A stretch of DNA of 64,000 nucleotides from a virus. Lineage: Duplodnaviria > Caudoviricetes. How positions within the stretch are numbered: the stretch's first letter is position 1; each line of letters begins with the position of its first letter. The notes beneath the pieces were generated by a model that saw only the letters and a program-made list of their open reading frames with translations, was not told the origin of the DNA and made no database searches. The position numbers and the translations under genes were made by a program. Shown piece by piece: positions 51,241 to 62,051 of this stretch. Location: positions 35,126-99,125 of the IMG/VR virus record IMGVR_UViG_2687453420_000002. The stretch is one strand, 5' to 3'.

Positions 51241-51633
51241 TTATTCTCCAAAAATTATTTGTTTTAATGCTGCCATTTCAACTTTTTTAATAGCTTCATC
51301 TGAATTAAACTTAACTGCATCTTCATATAAAGGACCATGGACAAATACTGGCACTACTTCTGTTGCGTCATCTTTATCTGCTGTTGGTGACATTGAACCT
51401 TTGAAAGATATATCTTGATATACAACACCAAATACATCTGTTTCACTTGAAGTTGAAGTTACTTTCTTACCATCTTTAGTAATTAAAGTACCTGCTAAAA
51501 GCACCTCATTTTCATCTAAAAGTGTTTTCACATTACCTTTTCTTACCTTAATAGGCAATGAAATAAAATGATCTCCAGCTATTAATCTTAGCTTATTTTG
51601 TTTAGCTCCTATTGTATAACTTGACTATCTCAC
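51241..51633 (-). pseudogene. Head decoration-like protein with TAG at codon 3
   Basis: RBS GGAGTG then GTG AGA TAG, in frame with the 105-aa ORF. Confidence 0.65.
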
Positions 51634-51653
51634 TTGTTATCACTCCTTTATTT

Positions 51654-52268
51654 TCATTTAGCAAAGTCTGTTAAACTTTTTGCTTTCATATTTTCTGCTC
51701 TTTGCTTTCCTAATTCTGAAGCAAAGTTAGTTTTATTTGGTTCTGGATCATTATTACCACCAGTACCAAATGATCCTGTGCCTTTTATTTCTTTATCGAA
51801 TAAATATTCATGACTTGTTTTAAGTGGCTCTATTTGTTCTTTAAGACCTATAACATTATCTCCATCTATTTTTAGCTTATCTTTGTCTATAAGTGCCATA
51901 ATTAACTTTTTATCCTTAACATTAAAATCACCTAATCCTTTTTCCAAAGCATTATTAAAAGCAATATCATTTAATTGTTTCTCATAAGTTTCTTTTTGTG
52001 CTTTATTATCTAATTCTAACTTTTCAAATTTTTCTTTTAAACCTGCAGCATCTTTAAATTCCTCTTTTAAGTCAGTTATTTGTTTGTCCCTTTCACCAAC
52101 TTGTTTTTTATATTCCTTAGCCTGTTCATTTACTTGGTCAAATCTAACCTTGGGAATAAATGCACCATTAGATACATCTTCATAATCCTTATTTTTGTAT
52201 TCTTTTTGTTTTTCCTCTGGAAGTTGTTTAAATAACTCTTCTCCTATAATGTCTTTTAATTTTGCCAT
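51654..52268 (-). CDS. Capsid scaffold protein (GP20-like)
   Basis: FIPKVRFDQVN...GLKEQIEPLK..HEYLF. Confidence 0.88.
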   Translation of the reverse strand: MAKLKDIIGEELFKQLPEEKQKEYKNKDYEDVSNGAFIPKVRFDQVNEQAKEYKKQVGERDKQITDLKEEFKDAAGLKEKFEKLELDNKAQKETYEKQLNDIAFNNALEKGLGDFNVKDKKLIMALIDKDKLKIDGDNVIGLKEQIEPLKTSHEYLFDKEIKGTGSFGTGGNNDPEPNKTNFASELGKQRAENMKAKSLTDFAK

Positions 52269-52400
52269 TATTCTAATTCCTCCTTAATCTCTAATTACAG
52301 TTTTTAACGTGCTACTGAACCACGTTAGAGTTTTAGAATTATTCTTTAACGTCTATAATTCTAAAAAAGACAAAAATAAAAAGCATCTTTTAAAATGCTT

Positions 52401-52928
52401 TTAAAGTTTTTTTATTAACCGTTTTATTTTTTTATTCTTATAATCTTTAGCTATAAAATATATTTCATTAACTTTGGAAAAATATTTCATATCTTGTTTA
52501 GTTATCATTCCAGTTAAATTAATTTCTGTTAAATGCTTTGGTAAAATATTTATCAGGTTAAAATCTTTATATTCATAATATACTTCATGATCTATAGTTT
52601 CATCATCATTTTTAGGTTTACTATAAATGACTTTATCATCTGATTTAAATTCTATTTGAAAATCCTTTAATGGTTTTACAACTTCAGAACTGTTATATAC
52701 TTGCATTCTAACTTTATAACTACAATATTTAGCTTTAGATTGGTCATTTATAATACTAATTTCACCGCTCTCATTTTCTCCATAATATTTAATTTCATAA
52801 TCATAAAAGTAAAATTTTATTTTTCCTAAACTTTTAATTAAATTAGTTGCTATAAGAGTTGCAACTGATCCTAATATTGCACCTAGTATCCCTTCAAATT
52901 TTGAAATAATAGTAATTAAGTAATCCAT
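52401..52928 (-). CDS. Membrane-anchored moron in the head operon
   Basis: N-terminal TM GILGAILGSVAT; flanking terminators. Confidence 0.7.
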   Translation of the reverse strand: MDYLITIISKFEGILGAILGSVATLIATNLIKSLGKIKFYFYDYEIKYYGENESGEISIINDQSKAKYCSYKVRMQVYNSSEVVKPLKDFQIEFKSDDKVIYSKPKNDDETIDHEVYYEYKDFNLINILPKHLTEINLTGMITKQDMKYFSKVNEIYFIAKDYKNKKIKRLIKKL

Positions 52929-53064
52929 AATATCGCATCACCTCATTATCTATATTTCAACTTTAATTTATAAATTCCTTTACAAAGATTCATTTTTAGG
53001 CATAATAAAAGCACCTACTGTTTTTATTTAGTAAGTGCTTTTAAATAGCTTCAATAGAATTCAT

Positions 53065-53361
53065 TTATTTTCCATTAATTTTATCCACCTCTGTTTTAAA
53101 CTCTTTCTGAATATTATCTATATCCTTATCAACTAAAACTTTATTCACATCATTAGTATCCTTAAATTTTCTTAGACTCCTTATTTCCATCTTTCTTTTT
53201 AAAAGCCTACATTTAGCGTTCATAATACATACTAAGTGCTTTTTATTACAATGAGGACATTCATAACATACTTCTGTATACATTGCTCCTAAGTATTTTT
53301 CTTTAAGTTTGTCCTGTGACATTTCAAATTCTCTTTTACAGTTATCACATATTACTTTCAT
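53065..53361 (-). CDS. Zinc-ribbon protein
   Basis: CDNC...CPHC. Confidence 0.7.
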   Translation of the reverse strand: MKVICDNCKREFEMSQDKLKEKYLGAMYTEVCYECPHCNKKHLVCIMNAKCRLLKRKMEIRSLRKFKDTNDVNKVLVDKDIDNIQKEFKTEVDKINGK

Positions 53362-53370
53362 ATATGCCTC

Positions 53371-54339
53371 CTATATTGCTATGCCATATTCTTGGCCATA
53401 ATTATCTAACCATTTATCTAGTTTAGGATTGTTTTCCCCATTAACCCACGCTATCAATTCATCTCTAGCCTTTTCAACTGGTATATTTTCTTGAGTAGGA
53501 TAACAAAGGCAATTAGGATGTGCTATTGGATATTTATCAGCCGGATAAATTCCAGCACCTAAATCGTAATTGTCTTGTGTTGCATACTCATCACAAATAT
53601 CTTCACCATGTCTAGCTACTTGTCTTTCATAATGACTAGGACTTAAATTCCACTTTAATCCTACATTAAAAGGATTCAGTTTAGCACCTTGGATATATGT
53701 TTCAGTATTAGCATGATTTAAAGCTGTCCTGGATAACCTTTGCGCTTGATATGAAATATTTTTACCCATACCAGCTTCTAATGTTTTAGCTTCAATTCTT
53801 TTATATGGATTAATATATAAATCTAGTCCCTTAGATAATTCTCTAGCATTAGCACCTTTAGCCACATTAATTTTTATAAAAGTATCAATGTCTTTAGAGT
53901 TTTTATTTGTTATACTCCAAAGCCTTTGATCTAATGTTTTCGCATCTGAATAATAATTACCGTTTATAAGTTGCTTGGTAATATTAGAAGGTAATTGAGT
54001 AAACATTTTATTAAAAGTAAATTTTATATCTTCTTTAGGAATTATCATGTCAAAATAACTTAATTGTACAGCACTTGCTATTTGAGAACTTGCTTCTATA
54101 CTATCTTTAATGGATTTACTTAAATTAGTTCTTAATTCTAATACATATCTATTAATTGATTTATCTAATTCATTTAAATATCTAGCAGTTAACCTTCCTG
54201 CCCCAGCCTTGGATAGCTTGTATGATATTTGCTTACTGGCCTCTTCATAAATATCTAATAATTCTTTCTCCTGATCTTGTAGAATTCTTAGAAATTGCTT
54301 TCTACCTTTTAAAATTCTCTGCTGATATAAATTCATCAT
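53371..54339 (-). CDS. Minor head protein (SPP1 gp7-like)
   Basis: RLSRT, DICD, HPNCLC. Confidence 0.85.
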   Translation of the reverse strand: MMNLYQQRILKGRKQFLRILQDQEKELLDIYEEASKQISYKLSKAGAGRLTARYLNELDKSINRYVLELRTNLSKSIKDSIEASSQIASAVQLSYFDMIIPKEDIKFTFNKMFTQLPSNITKQLINGNYYSDAKTLDQRLWSITNKNSKDIDTFIKINVAKGANARELSKGLDLYINPYKRIEAKTLEAGMGKNISYQAQRLSRTALNHANTETYIQGAKLNPFNVGLKWNLSPSHYERQVARHGEDICDEYATQDNYDLGAGIYPADKYPIAHPNCLCYPTQENIPVEKARDELIAWVNGENNPKLDKWLDNYGQEYGIAI

Positions 54340-55844
54340 TCATCACCATTCTTATCTATACTTTCATCTAGTTCACTATTTATGGCTTTTTGAAAAGAAT
54401 CTGCCATTCTAGCCTCATTTAATCTTTCTACTTCATCTATTACCTCTCTAAGAGCTTTTTCTATATCTTCTTCATTGCTAAACTCTTTCATGTAGTTTCT
54501 AATAGATCTAGCATTCTTTTCAACTTCATCAAGTGCAAGTTTTTTCTTATCTTCTTCATCAGAAGGTAATGGATAGTTATGCATAAATATAGTAGTATAT
54601 TTTAAAGCTCTCCATTTTTCTTTAAAACATCCACAATAACAATGCTTTGAAACCTCTATAACATATTTTATCAAATCTTTAAATACTGGTTCCCAATCAT
54701 TCCATTTCTCTTCACACCTAGCAATTAAATCATTATAAAGATATATCATAGCCTTTGCTGATGGTATGTTGTTTAAATCACTTATTTTAGGCATATCTAG
54801 TGTTTCTTTCATATCACTATCAGCTCTATCAAGATATGCATTCATCGCTTCACTACTACCTATATTGTATTCTTGCCTCTGAATAGTAGCTTGCTTTCCT
54901 TCTGCTAACGCTTCATCTCTAGTTTTTATTGCATGTACTGCATTAGGAGCTATAGTTAATCTATTTACATCATCTTCATTACCATCAATTATACTTTCAG
55001 AACCAAACATTTGAAACCTTAAGGCATCTGCGAAATCTGATATTCTCTTATTATATTGATTTTGTGCATCTCTTAAATCTGTAATATCACTTTCACTGAA
55101 AGTATTATTAAGTTCTCCACCATTCCTTATAAGCCAACATGGGATAGTAGAAAATCCTGTGTCCTGGTCTATAGTTAATTCTTTCTGTAAATCTGTATTC
55201 TTATAAGTTTCTTTTCTATACCAAGCTTGAAGTGCTCTAGTATCTCCATCTACTTTGTAATAGTAAGTATGTAAATAATACAACTTATCCTTATCTTCTT
55301 TGTATACATTCATTTCATCTTCTTCAAAGAAAATAGCCTTTAACATCCTTCCATTCTTCTCTTTGTAAAAGAAATTTTCTATACTCTCATATTTGATCGT
55401 AACAGGTTCTTTTGGATTCGCTTCTGCTCTTAAAAGAACTCTTTTCTTTATAGTAGCTTCTAAGAATGCTTTCCTAGTATTGTTCCAGAAATTATTATAT
55501 TCTAAAACATCCTCTATGAATTTTCTTAATTCCTCACATTGTTCCTTATCCTTTAAATCATCAGCCTTAAAGATTAATGTTGGTTTCTTTCCAAACATCC
55601 ATCTAGCCTGTTTCTTAAGTAGTGGCTTAACTTTATTTCTTATATCCTGTGTAGGTTTATAATCAACATTATCATCTACTGGCCAATTCTGACCATATAA
55701 AGCTGGATTTTGTTTTGCTTTCTCTAAGTCTATAGATTTTCCTTTGTAATAATAGTAATCAGTAAATACACGTTTTCTTTCAGCTATTTCATTATCAGGT
55801 AATTTAAGCAATGTATCTCTTATAGTTCTTGCTTGTTTCTCCAT
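54336..55844 (-). CDS. Portal protein (phage B)
   Basis: 502 aa directly after terL; ESDITDL..Q..YN, PSAKAM. Confidence 0.88.
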   Translation of the reverse strand: MEKQARTIRDTLLKLPDNEIAERKRVFTDYYYYKGKSIDLEKAKQNPALYGQNWPVDDNVDYKPTQDIRNKVKPLLKKQARWMFGKKPTLIFKADDLKDKEQCEELRKFIEDVLEYNNFWNNTRKAFLEATIKKRVLLRAEANPKEPVTIKYESIENFFYKEKNGRMLKAIFFEEDEMNVYKEDKDKLYYLHTYYYKVDGDTRALQAWYRKETYKNTDLQKELTIDQDTGFSTIPCWLIRNGGELNNTFSESDITDLRDAQNQYNKRISDFADALRFQMFGSESIIDGNEDDVNRLTIAPNAVHAIKTRDEALAEGKQATIQRQEYNIGSSEAMNAYLDRADSDMKETLDMPKISDLNNIPSAKAMIYLYNDLIARCEEKWNDWEPVFKDLIKYVIEVSKHCYCGCFKEKWRALKYTTIFMHNYPLPSDEEDKKKLALDEVEKNARSIRNYMKEFSNEEDIEKALREVIDEVERLNEARMADSFQKAINSELDESIDKNGDE

Positions 55845-57205
55845 TAGAAAACTGTACCTCCTTTCCTGCCATATGGATCAGTAGTTGTCTTCTTAACAAC
55901 ACCTTTTCCTTTTTTGTATACTTCTTCATCATATCCTTCTTCAATATCATGTCTAAGAACTGTATATATAAAATATCTTAATGCATCCATGCAGTGGTCA
56001 TTTTCTTTTAATACCTCTTCTACTCCATAGTCTAGTTTTTTAGCATCCCACACATAAGAGCTAAACTCTTTTAATGTTTCCTTACATATGTCATTAACAT
56101 AAAATAAACCAATACTTAAAGCACTAGCAACAGTTCTTATCCCATCTAATACATCATTCTTAGCTTTTAATATGTTCTTAAATCCATCATCTCTTAATTG
56201 TTTTATAAAACTTGCTGCACTTGGATCCACTATTATTTTTACTGGAACTATATCTCCTAAAAATTTCTTTAACTCCTTGGAGTATTGAACATCTGATTTT
56301 TGTAAGCTTGTATCTCTACCACTGTAATAGTATTCTTTTACAATGTACCATTTGCCATTACATAATCCCCATAAAAGAAATACAGTAGCATTTTGAGTAC
56401 CATAGTCTATTGACACATAATATTTGTCATACTTTCTAGATATTGTTTTAACCTTATGAAAGTCCTCATTGAACATGTCATATATAATGCCTTCAGCTAA
56501 ACACCATAAACCTAAGATATAACGTTTATAGAATATACCTGAGTACATTCTTTTGTATCTTTCTTTTACTTTTTCACTCAAAGATAAATTGTCATCCATA
56601 GTGAAATGTAAATGCACAGCGTTCTTTTCCTTTAGCTTATCTAAATATTCAATCTTAAACCAGTGATATGGTCCATCTGGGTTACAGTTAAACCACATCT
56701 TAGCTCCTTCTACTGAACATCTTGCAGTAGCTTGATTAACAAAACTTTGTGGCATTAATGCAACTTCATCAAATAAAACGCCTGCTAATGTTATACCTTG
56801 TATTAGATCCTGTGAACCTTCATCTTTACCACCAAACAAATAAAAATCATTACTTTTACCGTTTTTAGATATAGTAAGATAATTTTCATTAGATGCTCTA
56901 TGGTCTTTACACTTATATCCTCTCCCTTTTAAGATTCTTTTAAGTGGTTTTACAACATTTCTTCTTAAAGACCCAATTGTTTTACCACATAAAGCAAAAT
57001 TTTCACCGTTAAAAGTGGTGTTGGCCCACATTACAAAAGATAATGACATTACTATAGTTTTACCCGCTCTTACTGAGCCATCTGCAATTATTGCATCATT
57101 CTCTTTTACTGGTGATGTCTCAGTCCACCAAGTAAGAACTTGAACTTGTTTGTCTGAAAAAGGTTTAAACTTAAAAGCCTTTTCTTTTTTCTTTTTCTTA
57201 CTCAT
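55844..57205 (-). CDS. terL: PBSX-family terminase large subunit (phage B)
   Basis: [41 protein letters not shown]. Confidence 0.93.
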   Translation of the reverse strand: MSKKKKKEKAFKFKPFSDKQVQVLTWWTETSPVKENDAIIADGSVRAGKTIVMSLSFVMWANTTFNGENFALCGKTIGSLRRNVVKPLKRILKGRGYKCKDHRASNENYLTISKNGKSNDFYLFGGKDEGSQDLIQGITLAGVLFDEVALMPQSFVNQATARCSVEGAKMWFNCNPDGPYHWFKIEYLDKLKEKNAVHLHFTMDDNLSLSEKVKERYKRMYSGIFYKRYILGLWCLAEGIIYDMFNEDFHKVKTISRKYDKYYVSIDYGTQNATVFLLWGLCNGKWYIVKEYYYSGRDTSLQKSDVQYSKELKKFLGDIVPVKIIVDPSAASFIKQLRDDGFKNILKAKNDVLDGIRTVASALSIGLFYVNDICKETLKEFSSYVWDAKKLDYGVEEVLKENDHCMDALRYFIYTVLRHDIEEGYDEEVYKKGKGVVKKTTTDPYGRKGGTVF

Positions 57206-58094
57206 TCTTCCATACCTCAGCAGCTCTGCCATTTAGTGCATCTAAGAATCCATCATCTTCAACCTCGGTTTCATCACCATTAACTTTTGATTTTTCTAAT
57301 TCTAGTTTTTCTCTAGCTTGTTTAACTTTTTCATCTTCTATCTTTCTCTTAAATTTATCAGGGAATAAGTCAAAGTATTGAGATAGCTTATCTAGGGCTT
57401 TCATCCTATCCTCAAATTTAATAGATACTCCATCTTTACCTTGCTTTACTTCATTTATTATTGTGCCATCTACTATATTACTTTCTTTAAAGTCAACATA
57501 GTTTACTACCTTAGTAAGTTCATTACCTTCTTCATCTTTAACAGGCCCAAATGCCCATGCCCCCATAACAGTAACTTCCTTTTGCCCAAATGTTAGGTAA
57601 TCTGTTATATCTGCAAATGCTATCTTTATATACTTATTCAATACATCCATAGCATCTATAAATATTTCTTCTGTCATTTTTCCTTTGAGCTCTCTAATAT
57701 AAGCTTTTACCTTAACATTTCTTAGCAGTCTACTACCTTCTACATGAGCACTATCTGGAGCATACCCTGCCTTAATAGCTGATTGAGTAGCATTAAAGCT
57801 TTTTATATAGTAAATACAAAAGAGCCTTTGCTTATCAGTAAGTTCAGTATTTTCTAATACCTCTTTTACTTCTTCAACAATAGGCTCCTGTACACTTTTT
57901 TCTTTATTCTGTTTTTGTGTGCATACTTTGTTCTTTGTGTGCATACTTTTTCTATTCCATTTATACCTTTGCTTCCAACTCTTAACTGTATTAATAGATA
58001 CATCATACTTAGATGCTATATCTTTATACTTCATTCCAGATATATAATCTCTTTCTGCCTGTTCTTTTGTATCTGGTCCTCTTATATTTTCCAT
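57198..58094 (-). CDS. terS: Terminase small subunit (phage B)
   Basis: N-terminal HTH plus [24 protein letters not shown]. Confidence 0.9.
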   Translation of the reverse strand: MENIRGPDTKEQAERDYISGMKYKDIASKYDVSINTVKSWKQRYKWNRKSMHTKNKVCTQKQNKEKSVQEPIVEEVKEVLENTELTDKQRLFCIYYIKSFNATQSAIKAGYAPDSAHVEGSRLLRNVKVKAYIRELKGKMTEEIFIDAMDVLNKYIKIAFADITDYLTFGQKEVTVMGAWAFGPVKDEEGNELTKVVNYVDFKESNIVDGTIINEVKQGKDGVSIKFEDRMKALDKLSQYFDLFPDKFKRKIEDEKVKQAREKLELEKSKVNGDETEVEDDGFLDALNGRAAEVWKNE

Positions 58095-58096
58095 AC

Positions 58097-58783
58097 TTAC
58101 ATTGTCACCACCTGCCTATTGTTTGTTTTGTGAGCAAACTCTCCAAAATATTTTTTTTCTGCTTCCTTCCTTACCTTAATTGCATCTTTTTTATTTTTAA
58201 AAGCTCCCAAACGTATATTTTTATTATTATATCCAATATATGCTATCCATTTATTAACGCTTTTATCATATCTTACTCCAACTATACCTGATGTGTTGTT
58301 ATTTTGAATTGATTTATTAAAATTATTTTGCTGTTGTGTTGCAAATCTTAAGTTTTCTCTTCTATTATCTTTTTTATTGTTATTTATATGATCAATAAAC
58401 TGTCCAATTTTAGCTTTCATTAAGACTCTATGCAAATAATGAGTTCCTTTTTTATCTTTATATACAACATAACCTGTTTTATCTACATACCAACAATATT
58501 ATTTAATAAATTCATAATCACATTTGTCAAAAGTGAATTGCTCTCCTTTTGAGTCAATCCCAATAATATATTCTACTTTATCTATAAACTCATTGAAATG
58601 TTTTGAACATCCGCATGACTTTGTTTTTCCAGTTCTCAATCTGTCTCCACGTGCTTCTATGATATTTCCACATTCACATTTACAAATCCATTTAACAAGT
58701 CCACTATTGGTTCTATTCTTTGATTTTTCTATAACCATTAATTTACCATACGTGTTACCAATTTCATTTTTTAGTTTACACAT
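58097..58783 (-). pseudogene. HNH-AP2 homing-type endonuclease with in-frame TAA at 58499-58501
   Basis: WICKCECG...SCGC; IDHINNNKKDNRRENLR; AP2 SGIVGV...W.AYI..LGAF; both ORFs share a frame. Confidence 0.85.
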
Positions 58784-58968
58784 ATAATTGCCTCCTAAGT
58801 TTTAAATAGGAGGATAGTGGGGTATCATCACGACATGCCAATCCTCTAAAAAACACATAAAAAAAGACACCTTTTACAGTGTCTTAATTAATCTATTTGT
58901 TTGTTTTGTATATAAAAAAGAGCCCTTATGAGCTCTTTTTTAAATTAATATGTTTTGTTACAATTTAA

Positions 58969-59232
58969 TTAATCAAAATCCCTATCAACTTCAATTATCT
59001 GTCCTGTGTTAGCATTTATTTTTACTTCATAAATTCCAGCAGTGGTTCTAATGCTAACTTCGTAAACTAATATACCATCTTCAACATCTAACTCAACTCT
59101 TACTACCTGTCCTGGAACCTGCTGTAGTGCAATTTGCACAGCTGCTTCACTACTAATGCGATAACTTCTCCAGTATCCATCCCATAAAGCATAATAATTA
59201 GGTATCATTATAAAATCATCTTCCTTTTTCAA
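58969..59232 (-). CDS. PepSY-domain small protein
   Basis: Near-identical to 2484-2723. Confidence 0.8.
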   Translation of the reverse strand: MKKEDDFIMIPNYYALWDGYWRSYRISSEAAVQIALQQVPGQVVRVELDVEDGILVYEVSIRTTAGIYEVKINANTGQIIEVDRDFD

Positions 59233-59323
59233 TATTTACATGATTATTATATTCAATTATTTAAAGATTAGTGACCTTTAGCAATGTATACTCTTAAGTT
59301 ATCTCTTTCTTAACACTCTTATT

Positions 59324-59536
59324 CTACTTTCCCCATGTTCTTTGCTTTATACTTCCACCTTTCCCCCTGGAATAACTATCATGACTCATAAGATTCATAA
59401 CATCAGAAAAGGAGAGGTCCTCTTTCTTACCTCTCCTACGTTTTTTATTATTCTGTTTTCTATCTTTGCTTAATTGTTTATGTATTCCTGGTTGCTGTGT
59501 TTCTATTATTCTTCCTACTTTCAAACCTCTCACCAC
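59324..59536 (-). CDS. Basic conserved phage hypothetical protein
   Basis: Homolog of 2839-3048. Confidence 0.65.
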   Translation of the reverse strand: MVRGLKVGRIIETQQPGIHKQLSKDRKQNNKKRRRGKKEDLSFSDVMNLMSHDSYSRGKGGSIKQRTWGK

Positions 59537-59625
59537 CTATGTATATGAATATAATCTCCTGGACTAATCCAGGTATGTAAAAAGCACCTAAGGCTTATAT
59601 TCCTTAAGTGCTCTTTGATATTTAA

Positions 59626-60753
59626 CTATTTATTTGTTCCTTCATACTCTCTTACTTCAAAAGATGCTATCTTATCATGTACTATATATTCTTTAACTGT
59701 TTTATAAGGATTAATCTTTTTATCAAATGAATATAATGATGGACCTTTGCCATTAGATTTTTCCTCAAACCAGTTTATAAACTTTTCTACTTCTTGCATA
59801 CTTACATCATATTCTTTTGTAGCTCCATTTACTAAAGATATGCTTAATATAGCATTATTTTTATTTTCTTCTACCTTTTTAGTAACATTAACTTTACAAG
59901 TAGCTGTTAAATCAGTACCTTCTACTTTAGCTGTTATTATTACTTGTCCTTCTTTTATAGCTGTAACTTTACCTTCTTGATCTACCTTAACTATACTTTC
60001 ATCACTTGATGACCATACTACTTTCTTATTTGTAGCATCTTCAGGTAATATTTTAGCATTTAGCTTATCTGAACTACCTTCTAATAAATCCATAGATGTT
60101 TTATCTAAAGTTATTGATTCTGCTTTAACAGCTTCTTTATAAGGCTTTAACTCCCCATTCTTATCTATATCTATAGCATCTAACCCCAATGCATAATTTG
60201 TTTTATCAGTTATTTCTATAACATGTTCTGTATTTTTTAAATTTAATTTTTCATATACCATACTTTGATTTTTTCGTACAGAATTATATTCTGAAAAAGT
60301 TTCAATAATATTATTATCTATTTTGATTTGAATATTATCAGAATATTTATAATTAGTATTTGATACAAATGCAATTAAGCGTAATTTTGTACCTGTAAAA
60401 TTAAATTTTATTTTTGTATTTAATGCATTGGTATCGCTTAATGTATATGAATGAGTTTTATTATAGTCATTTTCATTCCAACTATTATTAGCATCATGTC
60501 TCCATTCTACTCTTTCATTACCAACATAACTAATATTACTATTCTTATCATCATATCTTTTCCACCCTATCTCAGGTTCTCTAAGCACGTCTCCAACTTT
60601 AGCACTATTTTTAGGAGTATTATTTAAATTATGTGTCCCTATAATAAAATCATTATTTTTCTCAGCATGAGCAACATAAGCATTATTTATACCACTAAAT
60701 ACAAAAACAAACAATAATACCATACTCATAATTAAGCCTATTTTCTTTTTCAT
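59626..60753 (-). CDS. Secreted Ig-like (Big_2) domain protein, moron
   Basis: Signal peptide; PEDATNKKVVWSSSDESIVKVDQEGKVTA. Confidence 0.85.
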   Translation of the reverse strand: MKKKIGLIMSMVLLFVFVFSGINNAYVAHAEKNNDFIIGTHNLNNTPKNSAKVGDVLREPEIGWKRYDDKNSNISYVGNERVEWRHDANNSWNENDYNKTHSYTLSDTNALNTKIKFNFTGTKLRLIAFVSNTNYKYSDNIQIKIDNNIIETFSEYNSVRKNQSMVYEKLNLKNTEHVIEITDKTNYALGLDAIDIDKNGELKPYKEAVKAESITLDKTSMDLLEGSSDKLNAKILPEDATNKKVVWSSSDESIVKVDQEGKVTAIKEGQVIITAKVEGTDLTATCKVNVTKKVEENKNNAILSISLVNGATKEYDVSMQEVEKFINWFEEKSNGKGPSLYSFDKKINPYKTVKEYIVHDKIASFEVREYEGTNK

Positions 60754-61048
60754 TGTGTTGTCCTCCTTATTCTTGATATATATATTATATAATTACATCT
60801 TTCACCATATCAAGAATAAGATTCCTACAAATTCTATTATATCTTACAAAATTATTAATTTTTTTTACAATAATTAAATTTAGATTAAAGGTTAAGATAT
60901 TTTTGTTAATTTACTCATTCTAATATAAAAAGACACTTAAGATTAACTAAGTGCCTTTTTAGTACATACACAATATATTATTTTTTATTTTAGCAGTTAC
61001 CTTATTTGTACGATAAAATCTCTGCTTTATATAATTTTACTTATTACC

Positions 61049-61081
61049 ATAATACCACATATAATTCGGATTATTCGGATT
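61049..61081 (-). promoter_or_regulatory. Putative late promoter of phage B
   Basis: TGgTATTAT plus a perfect 9-bp tandem (ATTCGGATT)x2. Confidence 0.55.
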
Positions 61082-61083
61082 AA

Positions 61084-61593
61084 TTATAAGTTTTCTAAAT
61101 ATTTATCATGAATTATTTTTCTAGGATAGCTTTCATCAGTTTTACTAATTTTTCTTGCTATTGCCTGCCAGCATAGATTATCAATATATCTATATTGAAA
61201 TACTCTTCGTGTTTTTGAATCTGGAATATTGTTTATGAATTCTTCTATCTGTAGTTTCATATCTTCACATTTATTTTTTCTTTTGCTTAATAGATTATTT
61301 AATCTAATTAATCTTTCTTCTTTTTTATCTGCTTCCAGATAATTATACCCTTCAATAGTAAATTTTCTTTCTGTATAAGGAAAAACATTGCTAGATCCTT
61401 TAACACTGTCTTGTTCAATTTTAATCTTTTTATTCTCTAATTTCTCAATTCTATTTTCAAGTTCACTTATTTCTACTTTTAAATCATTGTATTGTTTTAA
61501 TAAAAATGTAGTATCCTTCATGCTTGTCCTCCTACTCATAGAATCTATTTTTTTCCCATATTTTAGTGCGAGGCTTGTTTTCTCTCCCACCAA
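61084..61593 (-). CDS. RinA/ArpU-like late activator (phage B; true start probably MKDTT)
   Basis: Close homolog of 4456-4956. Confidence 0.75.
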   Translation of the reverse strand: MVGEKTSLALKYGKKIDSMSRRTSMKDTTFLLKQYNDLKVEISELENRIEKLENKKIKIEQDSVKGSSNVFPYTERKFTIEGYNYLEADKKEERLIRLNNLLSKRKNKCEDMKLQIEEFINNIPDSKTRRVFQYRYIDNLCWQAIARKISKTDESYPRKIIHDKYLENL

Positions 61594-61768
61594 AAGATTT
61601 ATTTTGACCTAATTTCCTAGCTAAAGCTTCTAATTCACTTAGTTTATCTTTGTCAAATTCACCCAATAGGATAAGAATCCGATCCATATCTGTATCAAAT
61701 TTTCTAAATTGAATTTTTTTCTTCCGTTAATTCTAACCCAGCTAAATCAAATTCATCCAACGCACTAT

Positions 61769-61960
61769 TCATACCACCTTCACCTTCCCAATTTCCTTCC
61801 CTTTTAAGTTATATATAACACCATGATCCATATCAATTTTAGCCTTTATTCTTTTTCTGCCTCTCTTTAAAATGCATGGATAAGTTATTGTGTAATTTTC
61901 CTCAAATAGTTTTAACTCCCCATTAAAGTACTTGTCCAACTTCTTTCTCCATGCTTCCAT
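61769..61960 (-). CDS. Hypothetical protein
   Basis: Homolog of 5119-5310. Confidence 0.7.
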   Translation of the reverse strand: MEAWRKKLDKYFNGELKLFEENYTITYPCILKRGRKRIKAKIDMDHGVIYNLKGKEIGKVKVV

Positions 61961-62051
61961 GATTAACCCTCCCTTATACTATTGTTTTATTACACTAGTA
62001 CAGTTAAAGTATAGAAATACTCACTTTAATCCCTACACCTATTTAATTTTA

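Noticed and set aside
10239-58501. Stop-codon reassignment or suppression by the tRNA-like element
   Set aside because: In-frame stops are of all three types and the same codons end normal genes; only the TGA at 9309 has both a Cys position and a SECIS-like hairpin.
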